Shown: positions 37,703 through 48,375, counted from the first letter of the stretch. The stretch is 60,803 nucleotides of DNA from Flavobacteriales bacterium (GCA_040377305.1 JBEIPA010000031.1:1-60803); one strand, 5' to 3'. Notes: generated by a model not told the origin, from the sequence alone. Made by a program: numbers and translations.

Positions 37703-40700
37703 GTGCAGCTCTCCCGGATTTCATCGTGCTTAATTGCAGTTTCGCTGATCGTTTTTGCGATCAACTGTAATCCTGCTCCGGAAACTGCACCTGCAGAAAC
37801 ATACGCACCAAAAACCATTCCGGTTCATGCGCGTGTGGTTTCGACAGACAGCTCTCAGCGTCCAACGATTATTGCAATTGATGAGGCGAAACTTAAACGA
37901 TCTTTTCTTGTACCGCGTCAATCGTTGTATGCGAACATGAACGTAAAACCGGCTGGGGAACCAATCCAACTTACGATCCGTGGACTGAAGAAAATTCTTT
38001 TGGGCTCCGATACTTTCTCAATGCCGGAAGTTGTTCCTGCAGTTCCGGTTGTCGTTCCGGCGAAGCAACCAAAGCCGGTCAATTCTCTTCCGTGGAGAAT
38101 GAAAGACGGTGCATCGTACAACATTCAGTATCTCGATGTTGACCAGGGAATGAACTCGTCGTATATCTGGGATATTTTCGAAGACAAAGCCGGCAATTTC
38201 TGGTTTGCTTCCGATGGTGGTGGTGTATCGCGATATGATGGAAAATCATTTCTACACTACACTGAAGATGAAGGTCTCGTGAGCAATTACGTGCGCAAGA
38301 TCATTCAGGATCGTAATGGCAATTTGTGGTTTGGAACCATCAACGGAATTTCCATGTTTGATGGAGTGACATTCACCAACTACGACAAGAAATCAGGATT
38401 GAAACATAATTCCATCTGGTGGTTGATGGAGGACAAACTGGGTAATATCTGGTGTACAACATACGGTGGTGGTGCATCAAAATTCGATGGCGCCAACTTT
38501 ACACATTATACCACGCAGCAAGGATTGCCAAGCAATATGGTGTGGTGTGTAGAGCAGGATGAAGTCGGACAATACTGGTTCGGAACAAATGGTGGCGGAT
38601 TAAGTGTACTCGATGATCAGGGTTTCATGAATTACTCGGTGGCGAACGGCATGCCTGATAGCGTCGTGCTTTCCTTATGTGCGTTTTCATCTGGAGTTAT
38701 GTTAGCCGGAACTCAGGGAGGTCTTGTTGAATTTAACGCAGGGCGAAGTGAAATTCAGATTCGCACAACTGCAGAAGGACTCCCTGATAATACGATACGT
38801 TCTATTTATTCCGAGCCCAAATCAGGTGCTATTTGGCTGGGAACTTATGGACATGGTGTCGCAAAACTGGATTATTCCAATTGTACAGTTTTCACGAGCG
38901 AAGAAGGCTTAAGCGACGGTCACATCGTTTCCATGGAAGAGGATGAAACCGGTAACCTGTGGTTTGCGACGTATGGCGGCGGTGTGTGCAAATACAATCC
39001 GCGGTCTTTTCATCATTACACCGACAAACAGAATCTGCCGAACTTTTTCATTTGGTCCATAGCGCAAGACACGTCCGGAAATCTTTGGTACGGTACGAAT
39101 GGTGGCGGTGCAATATTGTACGATGGAAAACACTACGAACAAATCACCAGTCAGGAAGGATTATGCGGCGATGTGATACGCGCTGTTTTATGCGCGAGCG
39201 ACGGCAGCCAATGGTTCGGATCTTATGGTGGTGGTATCGCACGATTAAAGGATACGGAGTTCACCTACTTCACCGAAGCAGACGGATTGTGTAATAACAA
39301 TGTGCTCGACATTAAACAGTCCAGCGACGGAAGAATCTGGATTGCAACTGACGGTGGTGGAGTTTCTGTTTACGATGGAAGATCGTTTACAAACTATGGT
39401 GTTGCGCAAGGATTATCGAGTAATTACATCCGTGCAATGATGGAAGACAGCAAAGGCACCATGTGGCTCGGCACGCATGCAGGATTGTGCAGCTTCGATT
39501 CCAAATCGAAAGACATTACGCGATACAACGAAGGCGAAAGCATAACCAGTCTGAGCACGCTCTGGTGTGTGACGGAAGATGATGCCGGTGGAATCTGGTT
39601 TGGAACAGGAGGATTCGGTGCTGTGCGATTCAACGGAGATAATTTCACGTACTATTCAGAAGCAGAAGGATTGAGTAATACTTCGGTGTGGTCATTGGTG
39701 AAAGATCACAAAGGAAGAATCTGGATGGGAACAGAAAGAGGATTGAATTGTGTGGTGCTGAATGGAGATTCTGTTTCTTCCATAACACCGTTTCATCGCG
39801 AAGACGGATTGAAGGCAGAAGATTTCTATCTCAAGTCGGCATTCCTCGACAAACACAATCACATGTGGTGGGGAACCGGAAAAGCTTTGAGCACACTCGA
39901 CATGAATACGTTTGCGCTCAATGAATTCACACCGAAAGTTCAACTCAACAACATATTCGTGCGTGAAGAATTCATTGACTATCGTGAATTGAAAGATACA
40001 CTTCACGAAATGAAGAATAGCGATCTGATGCAAATCGGGTACGACACGATTCACGCGTACAGCAATTGTCCGGAGGGATTGGAACTTCCCTACTCGCTCA
40101 ATCACCTCACATTCTATTTCAGCGCAACGGAATGGTCGGCACCGCATTCGGTGAAGTATGAATACCAACTCGAAGGATTGGATCACGACTGGAGTCTGCC
40201 TACAAGCGAAAGCAAAGCCGACTACCGCAACATTCCGTATGGAGAATACACATTCAAAGTGCGCGCGATTGGAAGTTCCGGTAAGTGGAGCAATGAAGTT
40301 TCGTATCCGTTTGTGATTCATCCGCCCTGGTGGCACACCTGGTGGGCGCGAACAATTGGCGTGATTGTGATTCTCTCGTTGATCTACGCGTACACACGTT
40401 ACCGCGAACGTGCGTTGCAGGCGCGGCAGAAAGAACTGAAGCAGAAAGTGAACGAAGCCACTTCGGAGATCAATCAGCAGAAATCGCTCATCGAAGAAAA
40501 GCACAAAGCGATTACAGATTCTATCAACTATGCCGAACGTATTCAGCGAAGTTTTCTTGCTACAAAGGAGCTGCTAGACGAAAATCTGAAAGAATACTTC
40601 GTGCTTTATCTACCGAAGGATGTGGTGAGCGGAGATTTCTACTGGGCTTCGAAGCTGAACGACGGCAACTTCGCTTTAGTAACCGCGGATAGCACCGGTC

Positions 40701-41257
40701 ATGGTGTTCCGGGAGCGATCATGAGCTTGCTGAATATCACCAGTCTGGAAAAAGCGATTGAACACGAAACTGATCCCGGAAAAATTCTCGATCACACGCG
40801 ACTGAACATCATCGACCGCCTGAGCAAAGACGGAACAAAAGATGGCGGCTGGGACGGTATGGATTGTAGCTTTATTTCATTTGATTTTGCGAAACTGAAA
40901 ATGAGAATTGCAGCAGCAAATAATCCCGTGTGGATTGTGCGCGATGGAATTCTTCACGAAATCAAAGCCGATCGCTTTCCGGTAGGTAAACACGAATTCG
41001 ATGATCAGTCGTTCACCAACCACGATTTCGATCTGCAAAAGGGCGACGTCATTTACACCATGACTGATGGTTACGCCGATCAGTTTGGTGGTCCACTTGG
41101 CAAAAAGTTCAAGTGGAAACAGCTGCAGAAAGTCTTGGTGTCTCAGGTAAATATCCCCATGCCGGAGCAGAAGGAGAAAATCGGCGAAGTACTAAGGAAC
41201 TGGAAGACCAATGTGGAACAGATCGACGACGTTTGCCTGATTGGAATAAGAATCTAA
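37703..41257 (+). CDS. Reg_prop beta-propeller/Y_Y_Y sensor fused to a SpoIIE (PP2C) phosphatase
   Basis: Repeated D..GNLWFGT.GGG; YEYQLEG..W; PPWW.TWW TM; PKDVVSGDFYW, ADSTGHGVPGA, TDGYADQFGG, DDV. Confidence 0.95.
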   Translation: MQLSRISSCLIAVSLIVFAINCNPAPETAPAETYAPKTIPVHARVVSTDSSQRPTIIAIDEAKLKRSFLVPRQSLYANMNVKPAGEPIQLTIRGLKKILLGSDTFSMPEVVPAVPVVVPAKQPKPVNSLPWRMKDGASYNIQYLDVDQGMNSSYIWDIFEDKAGNFWFASDGGGVSRYDGKSFLHYTEDEGLVSNYVRKIIQDRNGNLWFGTINGISMFDGVTFTNYDKKSGLKHNSIWWLMEDKLGNIWCTTYGGGASKFDGANFTHYTTQQGLPSNMVWCVEQDEVGQYWFGTNGGGLSVLDDQGFMNYSVANGMPDSVVLSLCAFSSGVMLAGTQGGLVEFNAGRSEIQIRTTAEGLPDNTIRSIYSEPKSGAIWLGTYGHGVAKLDYSNCTVFTSEEGLSDGHIVSMEEDETGNLWFATYGGGVCKYNPRSFHHYTDKQNLPNFFIWSIAQDTSGNLWYGTNGGGAILYDGKHYEQITSQEGLCGDVIRAVLCASDGSQWFGSYGGGIARLKDTEFTYFTEADGLCNNNVLDIKQSSDGRIWIATDGGGVSVYDGRSFTNYGVAQGLSSNYIRAMMEDSKGTMWLGTHAGLCSFDSKSKDITRYNEGESITSLSTLWCVTEDDAGGIWFGTGGFGAVRFNGDNFTYYSEAEGLSNTSVWSLVKDHKGRIWMGTERGLNCVVLNGDSVSSITPFHREDGLKAEDFYLKSAFLDKHNHMWWGTGKALSTLDMNTFALNEFTPKVQLNNIFVREEFIDYRELKDTLHEMKNSDLMQIGYDTIHAYSNCPEGLELPYSLNHLTFYFSATEWSAPHSVKYEYQLEGLDHDWSLPTSESKADYRNIPYGEYTFKVRAIGSSGKWSNEVSYPFVIHPPWWHTWWARTIGVIVILSLIYAYTRYRERALQARQKELKQKVNEATSEINQQKSLIEEKHKAITDSINYAERIQRSFLATKELLDENLKEYFVLYLPKDVVSGDFYWASKLNDGNFALVTADSTGHGVPGAIMSLLNITSLEKAIEHETDPGKILDHTRLNIIDRLSKDGTKDGGWDGMDCSFISFDFAKLKMRIAAANNPVWIVRDGILHEIKADRFPVGKHEFDDQSFTNHDFDLQKGDVIYTMTDGYADQFGGPLGKKFKWKQLQKVLVSQVNIPMPEQKEKIGEVLRNWKTNVEQIDDVCLIGIRI

Positions 41258-41374
41258 GAATCTCAAGCAATGTCGCGATGGTGACATGGCCAAGCCTGCG
41301 TCACGCCTTGATAATATATGTGTGATCGGAATTCGTGTCTGAACTTTTATCCCGGTGAAGTGTACGGTTATGGG

Positions 41375-41854
41375 ATGAAGAGCTTTTACCAGATTGCCTT
41401 GCTCCTGTTTACCACTCTAACTGTCGATGCCCAGGTGGGTATTTTTAATTATACAGGCGGACCTCCTCATTGGCATCTGGATACACTTCATTCCAAGGCA
41501 CCAATGCTGCACTGCGACTCGATTGTAGCTACATCTTCGTCAGAAAGTAGTTACTACGGCTGGAATGATGAAATAGATTTACTCGCTGAAACCGACAGCA
41601 CGCTGGTGTTCAGTATCACCATCAAGCCTTGCGAAGCTGACGTCGGGTACATTTCGTTTAGTTACAATCTTGATAAGAACGGAATCCTTCGGGTAAATAC
41701 TTCAGCACTCGGACGTATCGTCCAAGGTCCACGTATGTATTCCGCTACCGTTTACTTCACCAAGACGGAGTCTTTCAGTCCGTCGAAATTGACGGGTATT
41801 AGTTTTGAAGGAGATACATCCATTGTGACCTTGAAACGTGCTTCAGGTAACTAG
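41375..41854 (+). CDS. Hypothetical exported protein (start set at ATG 41375)
   Basis: Signal peptide MKSFYQIALLLFTTLTVDA-Q. Confidence 0.7.
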   Translation: MKSFYQIALLLFTTLTVDAQVGIFNYTGGPPHWHLDTLHSKAPMLHCDSIVATSSSESSYYGWNDEIDLLAETDSTLVFSITIKPCEADVGYISFSYNLDKNGILRVNTSALGRIVQGPRMYSATVYFTKTESFSPSKLTGISFEGDTSIVTLKRASGN

Positions 41855-41878
41855 ACATTCCTTATTACCTTTGGGCGA

Positions 41879-42541
41879 ATGTCTCTCTGGACCCAAACAT
41901 CAGCACTACTCAAACGCGAGTTCCTTCAGGAACAACGTCAGAAATATGCCCTGTTCGGAGTTTTGCTGTATGTCATTTCTACCATTTTCATCGGGCGATT
42001 TTCATTCAAAGTGATCAATGAAATTCCGGTTTGGAACGCACTCTTCTGGACGATTCTGCTTTTCAGTACTGTAATCGGAGTTGCACGCAGCTTTCAGCAG
42101 GAAACACGCGGTCGATTGCTATATCTCTATTTCATGGCAGATCCACGCGCTGTATTGCTGTCGAAAACGATTTACAACATCGTGCTCATGCTTGGACTCG
42201 GAACAGCAGGCTACTTCTTCTACTCTATTCTTATCGGGAATTTAGTTGCGAATGTTCCGTTGTTCTATGCGGTGTTGTGTCTCGGTTGCACAGGACTTGC
42301 GGTTTCCTTCACTATGATTTCCGCGATTGCTTCACGTGCAGGAAATAATTTCACATTGATGTCCATTCTCGGATTTCCGGTGATCATTCCCATGCTGATG
42401 TTGTCGATCAAGCTTTCGAAAATTGCAGCCGATGGAGTTTATTCTCCTGCAACGTGGACGTATTTTGGAATACTGGCGTTGCTGAATGTGATGGTGTTGG
42501 GGTTGGCGTGGATACTGTTTCCGTACTTGTGGAGGGATTGA
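41879..42541 (+). CDS. ccmB: Heme exporter protein CcmB
   Basis: Six TM segments, LFWTILLF, ILGFPVIIP, LFPYLWRD; ccm context. Confidence 0.9.
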   Translation: MSLWTQTSALLKREFLQEQRQKYALFGVLLYVISTIFIGRFSFKVINEIPVWNALFWTILLFSTVIGVARSFQQETRGRLLYLYFMADPRAVLLSKTIYNIVLMLGLGTAGYFFYSILIGNLVANVPLFYAVLCLGCTGLAVSFTMISAIASRAGNNFTLMSILGFPVIIPMLMLSIKLSKIAADGVYSPATWTYFGILALLNVMVLGLAWILFPYLWRD

Positions 42542-42544
42542 TTT

Positions 42545-42777
42545 AACCCTGCAAGGGTTAAGCCCTCGCAGGGTTATGCGCGCGCGCGCGAGTTACACCA
42601 GCAATTACCAATTAGTCGGTAACAAACGTTTGAAAACGGCTGTAGTTGATAAATTGAACACCCTTCAAGGGCTTAACCCTTGCACCGTTCAATGTTTTCC
42701 GACACCCTTCAAGGGCTTAACCCTTGCACCGTTCAATGTTTTCCGACACCCTTCAAGGGCTTAACCCTTGCACCGTT
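42545..42777. repeat. REP palindrome plus 44-bp tandem repeat (2.7 copies)
   Basis: AACCCTGCAAGGGTTAAGCCCTCGCAGGGTT at 42545; identical units at 42658, 42702 and 42746 containing CAAGGG-CTTAA-CCCTTG. Confidence 0.92.
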
Positions 42778-42787
42778 AAGATTCCCC

Positions 42788-43327
42788 CTAATTCTCCATC
42801 GGCGACACATGCTCCGAAATTGCCCCCGCCTCATCTTCCCAATCAAATCGCATGAACTCCGCAGCATCTGCTCTAGAAAGCCTGATCTTGTAATCGGAAT
42901 AGCTGGTCGCGTTCTTCATCTTGCTGTACTGAAACAAGTAATAATCACGCGCCAGCTTTTCGTAGGTGTGAAAATTGCTGCTCTTCGCTCTTGAAAGCAA
43001 CCACTGAAAAGGCTGAAGAAATACAGCGAAGAACGGAATGAATGAAATCATCGCGAAAATCTCTCCGGCATCGTAATAGCCCAATGCTTTGAGTATCTGA
43101 TCTGTGCCTTCCAGCACGACGCCACATCCAAGCAGAATGAAAAATATATTCCACTTGAACGCATGCGGATTCTTCATCTTCCTGAATTTCTTATCGGCAA
43201 CATCAATGCTATCGTGATAGAAACTGTAGAAATCCTTTTTCGCGAGTGTGTACTCTGCTTCAGTTAACGGTTCATCAAAGTGACGCTCAAACTCATACCT
43301 GTTGTATTCGTAAGAAATCGCTGACAT
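42788..43327 (-). CDS. Hypothetical membrane protein interrupting the ccm locus (start probably 43327)
   Basis: Two TM segments; antisense to ccmB and ccmC. Confidence 0.7.
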   Translation of the reverse strand: MSAISYEYNRYEFERHFDEPLTEAEYTLAKKDFYSFYHDSIDVADKKFRKMKNPHAFKWNIFFILLGCGVVLEGTDQILKALGYYDAGEIFAMISFIPFFAVFLQPFQWLLSRAKSSNFHTYEKLARDYYLFQYSKMKNATSYSDYKIRLSRADAAEFMRFDWEDEAGAISEHVSPMEN

Positions 43328-43477
43328 GCCTAAATATACCGAACTAGTGCAACGGGCACTGACGCAATAGGGCATTTGCGTTAAAAAGTTGAGAAATCGA
43401 GCCAAAAAGCCTAATTACCCCAATGCCTTAATGCCCTTTTTAGGTAACTTTGCACCGTTAAAAATCGCGTCCCTTTC

Positions 43478-44512
43478 ATGAAGAATCATTGGTGGAAATT
43501 CCTTGGAGCGGCCCTGCTTATTTTCTCGTTCGTAAAGGGACTGCTCACACCAATTGGTCCGGGAATTATCTCTTCTGATTCCGACCACGCTTCAACTTCT
43601 GAAGCACCGTTCACAGTTTCCATTTCCGGTTACCAAACGCACTTCAAACAGGATCCTGCGATTAAAGTTTGGCTCATTCACCAGTCAAAACAGAAGATCA
43701 AAACCTGTGCGACAAGTGTACAAGTCATTGATGACAAACACATCCTTGCCGAGTTTCCTCCGGTAGCGCCTGATTCCGGACAATATTTTCACCTCGCTGT
43801 ATTTTCAGAAACAGATGGTTTGTTGTTCAAGCCGGATGCCATTGTAACAACTGATACTGCATCTGTGGGTGTAATTCAATCCTGCTCACCCGACGTGGAA
43901 GTAAAAGAGCGAAATGAATTTCCGTTCCGCTACATTCTTTACGAATCAATCCGCAACCTCTATTTCCACGTACCAATGTGGTTCACCATGATTGCATTGC
44001 TTTCATGGGCTGTCATCTGCAACCTGCGTTACCTGCGCAAGCTCGATGGCAAATTCGACCGCATGGCAGATCAGGCAATCAAAGCCGGATTACTCTTCGG
44101 AATTCTCGGATTAATCACAGGTTCACTCTGGGCGCGCGTTACCTGGGGCGCATGGTGGGTCGATGATGTTAAATTGAACGGAACTGCCATCACTTTACTT
44201 GCATATTTCGCCTATTTAGTGCTTCGCGGCTCAATGGAAGATCAGCAAAAACGTGCCCGAATCGCTGCGATCTACAGTATCTTTGCATTTGTAATGATGA
44301 TTGCGCTCATTGGCATTTTACCGCGATTGCAACAAACAGACAGTTTACACCCTGGCAATGGAGGAAATCCTGCATTTGGCAGTTACGATCTCGATAGCAG
44401 CATGCGGATGGTTTTCTATCCGGCTGTTGCAGGTTGGGTACTTATTGGTTTCTGGATATACGCTATCCGCAACCGCATACAGGAAGCAAAAGAATTGATT
44501 GAAGCAAAATGA
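43478..44512 (+). CDS. ccmC: Cytochrome c biogenesis protein CcmC with an extra periplasmic domain
   Basis: YFHVP, GSLWARVTWGAWWVDD (WWD domain), SLHP. Confidence 0.92.
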   Translation: MKNHWWKFLGAALLIFSFVKGLLTPIGPGIISSDSDHASTSEAPFTVSISGYQTHFKQDPAIKVWLIHQSKQKIKTCATSVQVIDDKHILAEFPPVAPDSGQYFHLAVFSETDGLLFKPDAIVTTDTASVGVIQSCSPDVEVKERNEFPFRYILYESIRNLYFHVPMWFTMIALLSWAVICNLRYLRKLDGKFDRMADQAIKAGLLFGILGLITGSLWARVTWGAWWVDDVKLNGTAITLLAYFAYLVLRGSMEDQQKRARIAAIYSIFAFVMMIALIGILPRLQQTDSLHPGNGGNPAFGSYDLDSSMRMVFYPAVAGWVLIGFWIYAIRNRIQEAKELIEAK

Positions 44513-44727
44513 AGAAGTCAGCATTCATACTACTCGCAATGATCTTCGCATCGGTTTCTGTTTTTGGACAGTCGGGCATGGATGAGAAATTGTTTCAGGA
44601 ACTGCACGGTAGCGCATCGTTCAATGTTGTATTCGCAGTGCTGTTTGTAATATTAATCGGTGTGCTCGTTGCTCTCTGGAGACTCGATCGCAAAGCAGAT
44701 AAACTTTTGAAGGAGGTGAAGAAATGA
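44509..44727 (+). CDS. CcmD-like small membrane protein
   Basis: TM segment plus basic tail LWRLDRK, between ccmC and ccmE. Confidence 0.7.
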   Translation: MKKSAFILLAMIFASVSVFGQSGMDEKLFQELHGSASFNVVFAVLFVILIGVLVALWRLDRKADKLLKEVKK

Positions 44728-45110
44728 AAAAGATGCACATTGTAGGAATCGTACTCATTGCAGCAGTTATGTTGTGCATGATGTCGTTGCTGGGCGATTC
44801 GAGCAGCTATTCCAATTTCAACGAAGCGAAAGCGAACATTGACGAAGAAGTTCACGTTGCGGGCACATTGGTGAAAACGAAACCAATGGATTACAAACCG
44901 GAAGTTGATCCGAACAGCTTTAGCTTTTACATGAAAGACAAAGCCGGAAACGAACAACGCGTCATTCTCAAGAAAAGCAAGCCTCAGGATTTCGAACGGG
45001 CAGAACAGCTCGTAATCATTGGATGCATGAAGGGAAATGATTTCGTTGCAACTGATGTTCTGATGAAGTGTCCTTCGAAATACAATGACGCCCAGGAAGC
45101 GGCGCTATAG
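44724..45110 (+). CDS. ccmE: Heme chaperone CcmE (Cys variant)
   Basis: VHVAG.L, FSFYM.D, PQDFE, KCPSKY. Confidence 0.92.
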   Translation: MKKMHIVGIVLIAAVMLCMMSLLGDSSSYSNFNEAKANIDEEVHVAGTLVKTKPMDYKPEVDPNSFSFYMKDKAGNEQRVILKKSKPQDFERAEQLVIIGCMKGNDFVATDVLMKCPSKYNDAQEAAL

Positions 45111-45116
45111 GCACGT

Positions 45117-45494
45117 ATGAAAAAACTGCTCATCATTGGAACCGTCGTTATCGCGGCACTCACGGTGGGTGTAGTATTACTGAATCTCAGTTCCAGTCAT
45201 TACGTAAATTTCACAGAAGCCCGTGAAAGCGCTCGTGAAGTGCATGTTGGTGGTTTTCTCGTGAATACGAAACCTGTGGAGTACAACCCGGAGATTGATC
45301 CAAACACCTTTTCATTTTATATGAAAGACAGAACGGGTCAGGAGCAGCGCGTGATTGTGAATAAAGCACTGCCCGATGGATTTGAACAGAGTTCAGGTCT
45401 AACCGTTATAGGATCGATGAACGGAAACAATTTTGTTGCTGCTGACATTCTAATCAAGTGCGCAGGCTCGCGCTACAATGTCGCACAGCAGTAG
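45117..45494 (+). CDS. ccmE: Second CcmE paralog
   Basis: Collinear with 44724..45110; motif KCAGSRY. Confidence 0.85.
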   Translation: MKKLLIIGTVVIAALTVGVVLLNLSSSHYVNFTEARESAREVHVGGFLVNTKPVEYNPEIDPNTFSFYMKDRTGQEQRVIVNKALPDGFEQSSGLTVIGSMNGNNFVAADILIKCAGSRYNVAQQ

Positions 45495-45525
45495 GAAAAA
45501 TAATCTGAAACAGAGTACGCACTAG

Positions 45526-48375
45526 ATGGAAATAGAATACATAGGTGAACAGGCTTGGTGGGGACAGCTCGGACATTTGTTTGTTGTTGCGGCTTGCGTT
45601 ACTTCCATTTTTGGAGTTGTTGCAGCGGCACTCCGGGTTAAATCAAATCCTTTAGACGATAAATGGAAATCAACTGCACGCGGTTTGTACATCGCGCATT
45701 CGGTTTCTGTACTCGGCATTTTCTTCACGCTTTTGTTGATGATGATCAATCATCGCTTCGAATACCACTACGTGTGGGATCATACGAAGAGCAGCATGAG
45801 CATGAAGTACATTCTCGCAGCAATGTGGGAAGGACAAGAAGGAAGTACGTTGCTTTGGTTGCTTTGGCACGCCATACTTGGTTGGTTTGTAATTCGCAAA
45901 GGCGGTGAATGGGAAGGTCCGGTGATCGGAGTTGTTTCCCTCGTTCAGGTTTTCCTTTCGATGATGCTACTCGGCGTATACTTCGGCGACGTTCACATTG
46001 GCAGCAGTCCGTTTACATTGATTCGTTTGCGCGAAGAGAATTTCGGATTGCCTTGGACGCAGATTGGCGATTACCTGCAGAAGATTCCTTTGTTTCAGGA
46101 TGGTGATGGTTTGAATCCGTTGTTGCAGAACTATTGGATGACAATCCACCCTCCTACACTCTTCGCCGGATTTGCATTGGTGACTTTCCCGTTCGCTTAT
46201 GCAATTGCCGGATTATGGACAGGAAAACTTTATACCTGGCAGAAACCGGCACTCGTATGGACATTCGTTGCAATCGTAGTTCTCGGCACCGGAATTCTCA
46301 TGGGTGGTGCATGGGCTTACGAATCACTTAGCTTCGGTGGATTCTGGGCCTGGGATCCTGTTGAGAATGCTTCACTCGTTCCGTGGATGGTTTTAGTCGG
46401 TGCAGGACACGTCATGATGATTCACAAAATCAAAGGACGTTCCCTGTTCACCACATTCCTGCTCACGATCGCGTCGTTCCTGCTCATCGTTTACTCCACA
46501 TTCTTAACGAAGAGCGGAATTCTCGCCGACAGTTCTGTACACGCATTCACCGAAGAAGGATTGAATCAGGAGCTTGCCGTATTCATGTGTTTCTTCCTGT
46601 GGCTGAGCATCTGCTTCATGCTGCGGAATAAAATCCCGATTATTATTTACACAACCATCGCACTCGTCGTATGGGTCTTCTTCATGAAAGGCTATTCCGG
46701 AAGCGCAATGATCTGGTTCGGATTGTCTTCATTCGCATTCATGGTCTGGTCGTACATGAAGTATTTCCCGAAGGAAGAGAAAGAAGAAGAATTATGGTCG
46801 CGTGAATTCTGGATGTTCATCGGATCACTCGTACTTGTTGTTGCAGCTATTCAGATTGCCTGGTTCACTTCTATTCCGGTGATTAATAAATTCCTTGCGA
46901 CAGATATGCTGCATTCACCTATTCAGGCTTTGTACGACAAGTACCAATGGGAAAGCTTTGAAGAGTTAGCGAATGCAAATCTCGCTCCGAAGAAACCAGG
47001 GTACTACAACAAGTGGCAGGCAGGATTCACCATTCTCGTGATGTTGCTCATGGCGGTTGGTCAATACTTCAAGTACCGCAACACGAAGTTCGCAGATGTT
47101 GCAAAAGCACTGTGGATTCCTTTCGTTGCAGCAATCGGTACGGGAATTATTCTTGCGTACAATTTCTACATCAAGATCCCAATTACGCAACTCAAACCGG
47201 GACAAGAAAGCCTGTTTGCAATTCTCACTATTCTCGTTCCGTTTACGGTCTTCAGCATCTTCGCGAACGCTGCGTACTTCGTGAAAATTTTCAAAGGAGG
47301 AATTCGCAAAGCCGGTGCTTCCATCGCTCACGTTGGATTTGGTTTGCTTATTCTGGGCGCAGTTATTTCGACCTCGAAAAAGAATACGATTTCAGTAAAC
47401 ACTTCCGGAATTGATGTGCGCGCTGTTGTCAATGAAGGCAACAACGAAGAAAATCTCTACATGCGCAAAGGCGATACGCTCATGATGGGTGAATACTTTG
47501 TGACGTATGTAGAGAAAGAATGGACTGTACTCGATGGAACAGACTACGTTAACTTCCACGTCGACTTTTTGGCAAATGAAAACGGAAAACCCGGTGAGAA
47601 ACAATTCCGCCTGAGTCCATTCATTCAGAAGAACGAGCAAATGGGTGATGCAGTTGAACCAGACACCAAACATTTCTGGTACAAGGACATTTACTCCTAC
47701 ATCAAGTACATTGAAGGTGCACAACTTGATAAACGCACGTCAGAAGCTGCAAAAGATCCGAATGCGTACACCATGCCGGTGAACAACACCATTGCAATTG
47801 GTGATACAATTTATGCAGACAATGCGATTGTGATTCTGAAGAACATCAGCCGCATGGATGTGACTGTGGATACTTCAACGAATGCATTCAAAAGTAGTGG
47901 TTCGGGACCTGTTGATACCAACCTGATTGGTGTTGCGGCGACTTTCGAACTGATCGATCGCAACATGAATCGCAGAACAATAGTTCCAACATTCTACGCG
48001 AACAAGGTAACCGGAAGAACAACTCAACTTGATGCAGTCGACAGCATCAGCGGCACGAAGTTCACGTTCTGGAAGGTGCGTCCTGAAACAGGTGAAATTG
48101 ACGTTTACAGCAGTGTGAAGCTCAATATGAAGCCCGACTTTTTCATTATAGAAGTGTCGGAGTTCCCTGCAATCAACGTACTTTGGTTAGGTTGTCTGGT
48201 GATGATCATCGGAACCGTAATTGCGATTCTCGAACGTGTGAGAATCAATAAGCTTTCTGACAAAGAGAAAGCCCCGGATCAGGAACAAACAACAATGAAC
48301 ATGGATGACATCTTCCGTCATTCCGATGAAAAATTTAAAACCCAAAAAGATGAAGAAGCAAACAAAAAAGCGTAA
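45526..48375 (+). CDS. ccmF: Cytochrome c heme lyase CcmF
   Basis: WEGQEGS, GLNPLLQNYWMTIHPP, WAYESLSFGGFWAWDPVEN, SVHAF. Confidence 0.95.
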   Translation: MEIEYIGEQAWWGQLGHLFVVAACVTSIFGVVAAALRVKSNPLDDKWKSTARGLYIAHSVSVLGIFFTLLLMMINHRFEYHYVWDHTKSSMSMKYILAAMWEGQEGSTLLWLLWHAILGWFVIRKGGEWEGPVIGVVSLVQVFLSMMLLGVYFGDVHIGSSPFTLIRLREENFGLPWTQIGDYLQKIPLFQDGDGLNPLLQNYWMTIHPPTLFAGFALVTFPFAYAIAGLWTGKLYTWQKPALVWTFVAIVVLGTGILMGGAWAYESLSFGGFWAWDPVENASLVPWMVLVGAGHVMMIHKIKGRSLFTTFLLTIASFLLIVYSTFLTKSGILADSSVHAFTEEGLNQELAVFMCFFLWLSICFMLRNKIPIIIYTTIALVVWVFFMKGYSGSAMIWFGLSSFAFMVWSYMKYFPKEEKEEELWSREFWMFIGSLVLVVAAIQIAWFTSIPVINKFLATDMLHSPIQALYDKYQWESFEELANANLAPKKPGYYNKWQAGFTILVMLLMAVGQYFKYRNTKFADVAKALWIPFVAAIGTGIILAYNFYIKIPITQLKPGQESLFAILTILVPFTVFSIFANAAYFVKIFKGGIRKAGASIAHVGFGLLILGAVISTSKKNTISVNTSGIDVRAVVNEGNNEENLYMRKGDTLMMGEYFVTYVEKEWTVLDGTDYVNFHVDFLANENGKPGEKQFRLSPFIQKNEQMGDAVEPDTKHFWYKDIYSYIKYIEGAQLDKRTSEAAKDPNAYTMPVNNTIAIGDTIYADNAIVILKNISRMDVTVDTSTNAFKSSGSGPVDTNLIGVAATFELIDRNMNRRTIVPTFYANKVTGRTTQLDAVDSISGTKFTFWKVRPETGEIDVYSSVKLNMKPDFFIIEVSEFPAINVLWLGCLVMIIGTVIAILERVRINKLSDKEKAPDQEQTTMNMDDIFRHSDEKFKTQKDEEANKKA

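Noticed and set aside
39692-40504. 270-aa antisense ORF and the many other overlapping ORFs in the track
   Set aside because: They are shadows of well-supported genes on the other strand or frame, with no motifs.
42658-42777. Possible CRISPR array (44-bp period)
   Set aside because: The whole unit is identical between copies, so there are no variable spacers.
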